A stretch of DNA of 64,000 bases, taken from NCBI GenBank assembly GCA_030141605.1, contig JAQGDQ010000108.1:1-64000 (forward strand), read 5' to 3'. The position numbers and the translations under genes are program-made. This document shows positions 26,301 to 38,300 of the stretch, piece after piece. How positions within the stretch are numbered: the first letter of the stretch is position 1; each line of letters begins with the position of its first letter. The notes under the pieces are model-generated. The model had not been told where the DNA came from. It worked only from the letters and a program-made list of their open reading frames with translations, and made no database searches. Source of the stretch: Tubiluchus corallicola (lineage: Eukaryota > Animalia > Priapulida).

Positions 26301-29300
26301 CCAGTCAGATGACGTCACTCAGATGTCAGTGTCAGACAAGGGTTTGTTGCCAGGATCAACTGGCATACCTAAACCAACAGCAGCTGTAAAAGGCACTTCT
26401 AAAGTGATGAAGGATGACCGTAAGGCAGGCATTGTGGCTGCAAAGGAATATCGTGCCAAATACGATGCACTGAATAATAAGCGACAGCCGAGCCAAGAAA
26501 AAATTGAGAGTACCATTCAGGTATGTTGCACACATACATGCCGTTTGAATATGCTTGCACAATATGGTTTGAAATGTGGTTTTTAAAGCCTGCTAAATGA
26601 ATTGTCACAAAACAGTATCACTTCATTCATGTTTCTATATATAACTTGACATAGCACACAGTGATACAATAGCTTGAGATGGGACTAAAAATAGAAAATT
26701 TTATTGCAAACCATTGTTTTTTTGAGTCTTATCTGAGAACTCTGATAGAATACCATATACTACTTTGTAAGTAGGTATGTAGACTTCTGCTATTAGCCAT
26801 TAAAGTCTTTTTTAGTGGTAAACATGGACTGTATGTAATAGGTTATGCGCGATTTGTAAAACTCCTGTGTTTATGGAAGGTGTTTGTTTATAGAAGGTGT
26901 TTAATGTGAATGTGTTTATGGAAGGTGTTTGTTTATAGAAGGTGTTTATAGAAGGTTTTGTATTTAAACAAGATATGATTCTGTGCCTGTTACTTCAGAT
27001 TAGCAATATTATCTTTGAATTAATTGAAATTAAATTTTATTTGAAGGATTAAAATTACAATTATATAGATATTTTATTAGTTAGCACCTTTATACTTTAA
27101 CTAAAATATTCCTCAATAAAGAAGTTAATTACTCGAGAGTTACTGATTACGTCATTAATTTGTAGACATTCCAATATAGCGATTTTACCTTCTAATGATG
27201 ATTTTATGCTCCAGGATCTGAAGAGAGTTGAGCATCTCGTAACAAAACCTACACCTCTGCCTGCTCATGCCTCACAGCCTCTTCCAAACTCCAAGGGTGA
27301 CATGCCAAGCTCACCTGTACACGTTGCTAAGGTAACGCCGATGACACACACTGGAACAACAACTCAGTGCAAAAATCGCCGCGAGAATAGCAACTTGAGT
27401 ACAAACAGTTCTCGGTCGGACTCGAATGCCAGCACAGGTAATTTTTCGATCAAAATTAGTGATCTACAAATGTAATTTCAGAAAGTAGGCTGCTTATTGT
27501 TCACTAGTACATCTACAAAAAGCTTCATTTTGTTCTAAATAATGAGCAAATTAGCTGAAACTTTCCCAAAGCTTGAGTTTTATGAAAAAGCATAATGCCT
27601 GCACTAATGACGTAACTTCTAGGTGTCTTTTGTGTTATTTTCAGTGTCCATGCTTGTAACCTTAAATATTTGTTAAGAAACTTTTGAAAATAGTCGTGCA
27701 CAGAACATTTTATTGCTCTCAAAATGTAAAACAGTCGTCAATAGTGTTGCCAAGAAAGTAATTATAACTATAACTGCAATTTTCATTCGCATTTTATTTC
27801 ACATTAATCACGATATTTCTGTAAATTGTTATCAGTCAGCTGACTCGAGTGGGTTTGAATTTTCTCAATCATGGTTTAGTCACTTGATGTTGAAAAATGA
27901 CTGTGCTACATTTGCTAATTACTGTAAAGAGATCTTGTCAGAAGGAAATTTATGGTTGTTGGCACAAGTTTTTATCTGGAAGTTGTGTCAGATTATTCCA
28001 TGTCTTTTACAATGCTGTTATTTGTGTGGGAGCTGAGTGCTTTATATGTGAACATATAATCTAAAATTGGCATGTTTACAAAAGACTCAAAGCTAAGTAA
28101 GTAGCTAGGGTTGTTATGTTCGATAAATTAAATGAAATACTTCTGCCCGAAAACCTTAATATAGCTGCCTTAGGAAATAATGATCTGTTGAAGTTGTTAT
28201 TATTCGGAAAAGATGAATTTTACTATGTTGCTAACTGTAAAATATTCCAATGTATACATGACTTTATATTACGTACTAAACGCTTCCATTAGTTTCTATC
28301 TGACATAAAATGCATCAGTCTTAAATATTCGTACATTAATATTTTCTAACCGTCATTTTCTACTAATGTCTAATGTATTCTTGTAGTAAAATTTGTCAGC
28401 TTGTGTAGTTATAGTCTATTCTTACTGTAAATGTTCTTGTAAATAGTGTATAAAGTCTGTTGTGGTGAGGATCCTAAATCTCGTTGTTCAAACTGTCTGA
28501 TCCAATCCTAAATAAATTATGTTTAAACTAAGCACTTTGTTGGTAATTGGCAAATTATTCAATCATTGATACTATATATAAAACTAATCAACACCAATTT
28601 AGTTAATGCATGAAACTATACTACAGTAAACTGTACTGTTATTTAAAATCCATTTTTGCATAGGATCTGGACATAGTAATAGCAACTCCTCTGGCGATTC
28701 GGTCATCCTCCGTCCATCGGACATAATCAACGATGCCTATTTACACAGTGCTACCAAAAAACTGACCAGTGATAGCCGTCAAGTGCCTCAGACCAATAGC
28801 AAACGGTCCAAACAGCCATTGGGCATTATCAGTAAACTGGAAACAACTTTTGATAGTTCGGACCAAGTGCGTAATATCATAAAAATGATCTAACTAATAA
28901 AAATTCAAAGCCAGCACTTGACAGTTTTCTTTATTTTATTAAACCCGTTTTGAAACTGACAAACTATCAAAACACTGACAAAAACACCAAATCTTACTTC
29001 TTTGTGTATTTTATACTGCACTTTATTAAGCTTAAATGCCATTTACAAAAGAATTCATTTGAGATTTTTATATTTGCTTTGAAATTTATTTGAGGATTTA
29101 GAATCATAATTTTGTGAAGATTTTGGTTAATGTTATGTATGTAATGTTCTGATTTAGTGCACATTTTTGTTATTCTTGAAGAAATAACCCATTTAGATGA
29201 AAACAGATTACTTGAATACATTTGCACACATGAATTATTGTTATATGATTAGTGAATTAGTGTGCCAACATCTAACAACTCTATAAATCATTATTTGAAA

Positions 29301-32300
29301 GATAATTAATCGTAAAATTATACAGTCAAATCTAATCTTACGGCAAAGGTAATCATGTACTAAACATCCTAAACATCATTAATCACTAAATTTTGCCAAA
29401 AAATCATTAAGAAAATTCCTCATTAGATCTGTAATGAATAATAAATGATCTTTTAAATTATAGCCTGAATGTTAATGGTTTTCTTTCTTGACAGGTAATA
29501 ACCCAATCGGTGCTTTCTGAGAAGCCCAAGCTTGAAACCACATTCGGCGAAGAGGCCGACGAAACAGTGGTCAATATTAAACCCATGCAGCCAATCATAC
29601 GTGCATCTCCGTATGCTTATATGCGAAGCCTTGGGACAATCTCTGGTAACAAGTACCCATTCTCACCACTTAGATATCAGGTAAGTTTGATATCTGCAGA
29701 ACAACGTGGAGTATCTAAAGTATCACTTGATCCTAAAGAACCATTTTTCATAATAAACTCCTAATAACCGTTCTGAGTTACTTTGCAAAGTTGTCAATTG
29801 AAATATGATGGACAATAGTCTTGGGCAGTGTGACTTGCAGAATCAAACTACTAGTTGTGCTGTCTTTATTTCACTTAGGCCGTATTCACTTATTGCATTA
29901 TTTTAGAAACATTTTAACAACTTTATGGGCACGAAAGCTGTTTTGCAGTATCTTCGCCAGTAGTCTAAGGCTTTGGCTCTGAGGAATGCTTAATACTGTG
30001 CTTGTCATACTGCGTACTTTGAAGGAATGGTTTTTTTTGAGATTTTAGTTAGTTTAAAGGTTTAAATTCCTAAGCAATCCTTCCTTGTTCTAACAGGAAT
30101 TAAGAAAGTAATCTGGTCTTGTTGTAAGAGAAAAAGAATAGCACAATAGAAGTAGAAAAAGAAAAAATTGTCTCAAACTAATCTTGCTACTTGTACCTTA
30201 ATTCCTACGTCACGCATTTGAAATACTGTTGGTTGTATTCATACAACTCTTTTATTTTATAAGAATGCATTTTGTTGCTTGAATTGAGTCTCTATGAAGT
30301 TATGCATGTTTTAAGCCAGCAACATTAGTATGAAAAGTTTCTTAGAGAGTTAATATCCTGTTTTAATATTTATAGGATGCGCAGTCAAACCCTCGTATAA
30401 CAGCTAGTCGCCATTTATTGACCTCGGAGCCACTGAAGAGCTGTCCATCCAACATAAAGCGAACTGTGTCCAGCGGTACATCCATTTTGGATGCGGATTA
30501 CAGCTCCGACGTGGAAGTGGTAGATGTAGCAGAGGGGTACATGTCTGATGGCGGAGTATTGGGAGACAATATGAGAAATGAAGATTTGCTAAGTGGGTAA
30601 GGAATAGATTTTATACTTAAAAATATAGTGCAGACAATTGTTTATTTAATTTCCATGTTCTTGGTTTACTGTTTTATTTTACTAGGCATTAGAAATGTTC
30701 ATTAGTTAGAGTAAACTAACTAGAGAGAAACTGTATTAGTAGTGTGGTATTGGTGAATTTCCACTTGCTTACGTCAGAACTTTACATTTTTTTGTGAGTG
30801 AAGCCATAAATACGTAAATACTGGGAAGCTATAAAATTATGTGCAATTCCTTTTGTAGGTATATGAGTGAGTCGGGTGCTGCTTACTACTCGCGAAGGTT
30901 TCAGGCTCGTTTTCAAGAGGGAATGGCAGCTGTAAGAGAATGCATGCAGAAAGGCGGAGACCTCTCATTGGATGACGATAGGTAAGAGATGCTGCTTATA
31001 AATTTCATTATGTAAGATTTTAATGTCTTGAGCTAAATGGAAAACTAGATGAATGAAAGCTTTGAAGCAGGCATTATATAAAACCACTTTTTATTTTATT
31101 TGTGACCGGTTCCATCAATTTTGAGAGTGCTTCATTTGCATCACATAATTGCTATTTCTTATGCTGAAGCAGAATGATCTTTCATGTCTAGCAGCTGTGG
31201 GAGCTATGAAGTTTATAGAATGGATGTAGTGCATTCTTAAATACACGCAAGAGTGTCTTAACATGGAAATCATTTTGCCAGAATTTAGGACGGACTCTAA
31301 TTGAGCGGACTGGCATATGGCAGTTATAGTTATCATGGGAGAATTTAAATGTTGTGAGAGCTATCCGACAATCCGTATTCTGAATCATTGTTTTTTGGAA
31401 ATTTTAGTTCTGTCTTCAATATTGAACTTGTACAGTGCCGTAATTTTAGCTTCCAGACTGGGTTTCATTCACTTGTTTGAGGATAAGCTATTTTCCTTTT
31501 GTCATCACGTCTTAATATCTGTTGTAATTATCTTTTTCTTGAATTTGAATTGATCTGTAATTTTTGTGTTCACTGTCTGAGAGTTCACTGTAAGTTGTAA
31601 ATCTTCAAAGTTTCATGAGAAGCTCTTATGACTCATTGTTGAACAATATTGACTCTACCTCTTCTTAGAAAAAGTATTACAAGATGCAAGGGAAAGTGCT
31701 GAAATGCACATAGCTTTCATCTAGGATTGGATAGACTCAAATAAAATCAGTGACTATATATTAAAAACATTTTTGTTTAACCTTCAACTTCAATGAGAAA
31801 TAGGGTTTACTTGAGAGGTTTGAAAAATGGCTGTCTTTGAATTGAAACTTCTGCCAATGATATAAATCCAACAGTTGTTTAATTGAGCTATGCAAAAGAA
31901 GTCAGAAACTTGATTCAATTTGAGCTGAGTGAGCACACACATAATATGGGCGATTTTAGTTGAAAAATTGTAAATGCATCACTTGAATTGAATGTATGCT
32001 AGTGCCATAAAATAGCAGACTTGGTTAAGCTTAAACTTACATTTAAATGTCCGATTTTACAGTTAGTGATATTAGGTACTGTTGGCCGGTCTGATAGTTG
32101 CAGTGGATGGCAAGGGGTAAATCTTTGAAAGTCGAATTTCTTTGACTGCTGACAAAGTTCACTGCACCTAAGAGAACTAGATACTGGCTCATAAGACTAT
32201 CTCAGGTCTTGTCACCTAGCAAAAGATTTCTCTTTGCATTGTACTCCACTTCTGGTGTTTGATTGTAGTAACTAATTCTGCTGCCATAATGTATAAAACA

Positions 32301-35300
32301 TTTACCGCTATCTGTGGCAGCTAACAATAACACTTTGAAAAATACTCATATTAAATGAATTTTCTTAGCTGTTTAGTTTTTACTTGTTTTCCAAGCAAAG
32401 TCAATGAACACAGTCCAGGTTATTACCACGCCTCACACCTTCTAATGAATTTACAATTAATAATTGATTAAAACAACCTTTGATGTATTTAAAATAATTA
32501 ATTATGCACAGAATAATGAGTTTGACATTTGAATAATTAATTGAGCACTCTTAAGTAAACATAAAATTTAATAATTTAGCTAGCACCATTTTCGTGAAGC
32601 GAAGATTAATCAGTTAATGAAGAGGAATACATAATGCTATATTTCCAGCAAATTTTATGATTATGTTTTCATTTTCATAGTTCATAGTTTATACATACAA
32701 ATTCTGTGTCTTTCAGATACCTGTATTGAAATTTTTCATATTACGACATTACAGAAAAACGTATTTTTATGTTTGATGTTTGTTAAATTCCCACATAAAT
32801 TTTGCTAAAATGTAGTTATCTAAATGTAATTTGTGTTTAATGACAGATTGCATGTAATTTTTCCATTGTTGCTTGAACAATCATGTAAGAATCCACAACA
32901 CTAAATCTTAATGCTTTCAGTCTTTGCGTTAATGGACCGCGCTACCTATATGACATTTTAAAGCATTAGAGCATGCTGAAATATTTATTGGACTATTCTG
33001 TTATCTATAAATAACAATGGAGTAGTAGAAAATTGTGCGACTTTTTAAGATTTTGGTTTCCACATTTGATAAATTGAAATTTGCTGTAAATTTTAATATC
33101 GAAATAATGAATTTGCAAGGGGTAATTTAAAAGAATTATAATTTTTGCCCCTCACTGTCTGCCACATTGCTAGCAAAACAAATCTACCACGCAAGCTAAT
33201 TTCGCTGCCCATTGAATTTAGCCTGGTTTTATAATTGCTTACTACCGAAGAATTGATTGCCTGCTGTGTGCTATTGTACTACCGACGAACTAGCTACCTG
33301 AATTCGTTTATGCTCTCCCAGTGAATATGATTAAATTTCTCATTGTAAAGAAGCCAGGGATACCACCCAGCCAGGCATCGATTTCCTCCCTTGATGACTC
33401 AGCGCGCGAAGCCAAACACGAGCTCGCTGATGATTATCTCCCAAGGGTTATGCAGATTACAGGGTAATTTGCAGGATACGGTTTGTAGTAAAGCACAGCT
33501 TCCGTACGCGCACCACAAATGATGCTCAATGGGTTTCGTCTGCCATAAATTTTTATACAACGGGCGATTTGTGGAGAGTGTGTGTAGTCGTTGAAGCGAA
33601 GCAGACGTCACGAATTATTCATGGCGTTATCTTAATTCTTGCTTCTGACGCGCATGCGCCTTTTTGTCCACAGTAGAAGCCAGTAACAGCTTGCCTGAAA
33701 TGTATGCTGATTTCAGGTGAATTAACTAATTATAACGTTTACCTTACTGTTTCTCACGGCTTTATTTTGTATACAGAAAAATAGACTGATTAATTATTAA
33801 TGTTAATTCCTACTCACAGTGCATTGCACAATGATCTTTATATAAAGTTTTGTTTGCAATAAGAACGCATGTAAAAACAATTTAAATATGACACATAATA
33901 TACAAAAATTACACATAGTACGTAATGTTATATTAAAAAAGGGTTTATGTTATTCTGATTTGATATATGATTTTGGAAATTTTGTTTATAACATGTTATA
34001 TTGCACGTGTATTTAACGTGATTTAAACACCGACTCTTGATTTGTAAGAAAAGTAAACAAATTACTTAAAAAAGATATGATAACTACAAAACGAGAGCAC
34101 CCAGCATAAGCAGTTATGTAGAAGGCTTGTCGTCTGTGCTGTTAAAAAATGAAACGTGCCATGAATTTCGGCATCCTAATTTAGAATACTGAATTTTGTG
34201 CTTTAGCAAGCTATGACAAATGATGCTGGACATTTCAGTTTGCCTCATTGTGATTTTTAAATGATGTATTCGTAATGGAGTGATAGCTAGCGGGGGGCTT
34301 CATAAAAATATAAAGACTGGCCTTGCGACACCTTGTGCCAAAGATCGAAGCCTTAACTGGGAAGCTGTTGTAACAAATGGAAAATAAAAAATTTAAGTAA
34401 CGAATCGCGTCATTATTCGAAGTCACTGAAAAATAACTTATCCCCCAACTCCCAATTTTCGCTAAGGAATCTCCCCAATACTCTCCTCGTTTCATGATAT
34501 ATATTTCGTTTACGAAAAGACGTAATGCATGCTTTCAAGTTTCAGTTGACTTTCAACACAAATCTTATTTTTATCTTGTAATTACTTTATCGTGTATCTT
34601 GATGGTTTCAACCAATGCTCGTCAATTTCCCACAGGACATCTTTTATTGTTGCCCGTAGATGGCGCCATTAGTTCAATGTGAACTTCAAACGAAACTATT
34701 TAATTACTTGTAGCTTCGGATTAAATTTTATCCAACTGGTGTCACCTCTAGTATTCCCTAGGCTTCTTTTATGCAGTGTAACACTGCTTTCATTGCGTTT
34801 ATGCTTCATACGCCTTATATTTATACATTTATAAAGTCCATAAACCTGCACCGTATAGCTTACCATATAATCTAACACTTCAGTATTTCGCGAAATTAAT
34901 AGTTTTTCTCATTTTCATTTACCGTTGTAGAGGTGTAAACTGCTTAGCGTGTTTTGTCCTTCATAATTGTTTTAGGCAGAGAAACCATGAAAGTTTAATT
35001 CTTGTGACCAATAGCTGAGTTTCCGTGGGATGTTCATTAGATAAACTGAACGCAGCGGAGAAAAATTGCTAGCCCAATTATATCTTTTTCGTAAAATTTG
35101 TTTAAAGTATATTAGTTCGTCTCAAATTTTTATTGACCACCTAGTGGTAATAACGTCGTAAAGATGTATCTTATGAAATAAATAAGGGTAGCCTAGGTTA
35201 GCCAAAATTTTGGACGCTTGTTAAGTTACAAGTTGCAACAGGTGTATAGCTTCTTCTTACACAAAATACCAATTTGACCTACTTCATATAGGTCTTCACG

Positions 35301-38300
35301 ACCTTTCCAGGCTTTGTCGGAATCCATTCGTTTGCCATTCTTTGCTTCTTGTCCCCTGCCAATTTATCCGCTGCGCAATAATGTCTGATAGCTAATCACG
35401 GAAAACCGTAAAAGCTAATCAGAAAATGGCTTCTGTTTGACATGGTTGGAGGAGAGTTTTAACTGATGCTATTACCACATGTCAATTGATGATATGTGAC
35501 GTCTACTGTAGTTTTCTTCTCCCTAATGATAACAGCTTCCCCGGCGCAGATGATTTGCCACAAACCGCGATGAGTCATCCAGGAGGGCGGCTGCAATTGG
35601 GAAAGTGCTACGCAAAAGAAGAGAAAGGTTCTTGTATTTTCTTCGCAAAAATGAAACGCATTTCTATGTTCCGATTTTCTCAAGTCACTTCTACGAAAAA
35701 AAAAACTTTTTGTAGAAGCTGCAGGAGGTTGCAGGAGTGTGGTGTTCCAAATTAGTTAGAGGCGCCACCTGTCGTACAACTTCACGCAGGCTTCACCGCT
35801 TTTTACTCTCGCTGCCTCTTTCGTTTTCTCACAACGTGATAGTGGAGTCAATAAATGTCAGCAAATCTGCAGTGTTGCAGTACGCAATGTGTTTGTGGTT
35901 ATTAGAACCTACTTGCTCTCTTTCCTGACATGTTGTTTACAAAAATGGGGTGTAGCCGTCGTATTTGTGCTGAAATTTCTTTGGATATGGCGTCCTCAAC
36001 GTTTCAAATTTACTGAAGGCTCCCAAGTAGCTCTCAGGTCCAGCTGGTGTGACTAAGATTCACCTCACGTAGCTTTTTCTGATTTATAATTGACTGATCA
36101 ATTCATAGAGTAGCGTACAGATTGAGCTATAATTGTCTATTACGTCATCGTAAATGCGGAAATGTTGTACTTTATGAACAGAAGGTGAGTACGGTTGAGG
36201 TTTCGTTTGGAGTTGCCTGTTTTTGTTCTTACGTAAAGTACTTAGTGTACATTATAAATTAAAAGTGTATTTTTAATATAAGCCACCTAATTGTGTTGTT
36301 AATTACTACTTGTATAAATACTAGTTTGATTTACCTGCACGGCTTTTGGCTCTCAATTATGTCTGAAAGAAGAAAATAATCTTTTGAAATTCTGATACGT
36401 TTTTTGTCATTTTTTATGTACAATACTGAACTGCAGAAGAGCTGTTAGTGGGTTCAAATCTCCTCCAAACTATTTATTATCTCAATGTTAATTTTAAATG
36501 CAGAAATTAGCTTCATGATTGTTAATCAGCTTTTCTGCGTTTTAAAGAAGGGCCTAAAAAGTTTCTTCTGTCAGCGGTGCATGAATTGGTTCTTATAGTT
36601 AAAAGTCCATGTTTTGGTTCATTAGGGAATTAAAGTCTTTTGCAGTTTATTGGTAACATTTGGTATTAGTTTCGAGTTTTTGCTAAAAGACGGTTTTAAG
36701 AGTTATATACGTTTGTCCACGTATTTCCCAACTTAGTAGATAATTTACTTATTTCTGGACAAAATATTGTGGAAACATTTCTCTTCTGCCGATATTTCGG
36801 GTCTTTAGGCCTACTATTTTTGGGATAAAACCCATTTGTAGTTATAGTGCCTGAGGAAATTTTTCCAGACCTAACTAGAGTTATTACATTAGCCGGAATG
36901 TATGCCTGGCACACACGTGTATCAACATAATAGTCAATCCCGGTCCCATATGAAGCCAGAACATGTATATTTACTCAGATGGGCTTCATCAACTGCAGCC
37001 GCCCCTTGACGCCTGGAATGTGAACTGTTTTGGCCTAATCTTACACCGTCTGATTAACTGACTGATCTGCATGCAATATTCTAGTTATACTTCAGACATT
37101 TTGTTAGTCATTCGTAATTGGCAAGTAAGTTGGCTGTTTTGTTTTACATGGTTGCGTGTAGGTTTGTCCAAATTATCCAAGAGATAGATGAAAAATAAGC
37201 AGAGCATTATTCTTGTCTTTCTGATTCAAAATACGTTAGAAATCGTGTTTATTAATGCTTTTTACAAAAATTACTTTTTGCTTTTTTAGGTCAAGTTCAA
37301 TTTTTTGGCCACAAGTAGTCCAGTGGCATGTTACAAAATTTTAATTTTGTGGTTTTTGCGTAAAAAATTTTGAAAATAGGGCAGCACTGGGTTCCTAAAA
37401 ATAATACAGGGTCAATTCTTATCTGTGTATCAGACTATTTTATGTATGTAGTAGTTGTTTAATAAATGATTATTAGTTCGTCCTTGCTCGAGTGGTCTTT
37501 AAAGGGAGTAGTTTATCTTTTTCAATACAGTTCGCCACTCCAGCATTCAGTGACGGGGCCTGCTTATCTTGGATGAGTTGTAGTGAGAATGGAATCTATT
37601 GCAATAGTACAAAAATAGCATCATTGTTCTGTTTTTGTCAGCTACTACTCTTACTAGTACTGAATCACACATTTCTGGTTTGCAGTTTTGATGATAGCAG
37701 CAGCATCAGCAGCGGAATCTCAGATAACTTGGGCGAACTCAGCACCGATGACAATCTCATCTCGGAAACGCCTAGTGCCATCTCTGGTCAACTAGGAAAA
37801 ACGTACAAGATAGGCATGCAAACAGTTGGTTCTCGTAAAAACGCAGTGAGTGTTGAGCTAAGTTACTTCGAGCTGTAAAATTGAACTGAAATACTTTTTT
37901 AAATTTTGCAGAATTCTGAATTGTAATTGAGAATTCTGTACCGAAATTCCTTCATTTCTCAAACTAACTGTTATACAAATTCATCTCTGGTTATGTGAAT
38001 TGCTGCTGCTGTTTTTTTAGCTATAACTTTTGTCTCACTTGTTTTATTCTGTTGTTTTAAAATCTAGCCATAGCTCTAGTTCACGAAACTTCACTGTTGT
38101 GTATTAATACGCTATCTGCATTTAAATTTATCTGACTGGGTGAATAATCACTTGCAATTGGTGCAACTGCCCACACTTGCACTGGTCAACATTTTTATCT
38201 GATTCATTTATTGTTATAATTTCTGTGTAAGGTCTTGCCATCCGGAATCTTTATTTTATTATTTTCCACAGTAAAAAACAATCCCCAAGTTTATCCCTGA

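Noticed and set aside
25873-26608. Several minus-strand ORFs over exon D (and 38535-39182 over exon K, 53650-54078 over the Asn-rich ORF)
   Set aside because: Antisense shadows of + strand coding sequence.
36703-36922. Weak inverted ends suggesting a small MITE
   Set aside because: Only about 20 bp of imperfect complementarity and no clear TSD or second copy.
37071-37124. ATG-to-GTAAGT unit in intron I-J
   Set aside because: Phase 0, incompatible with phase-2 exon J; shows that such units arise by chance.
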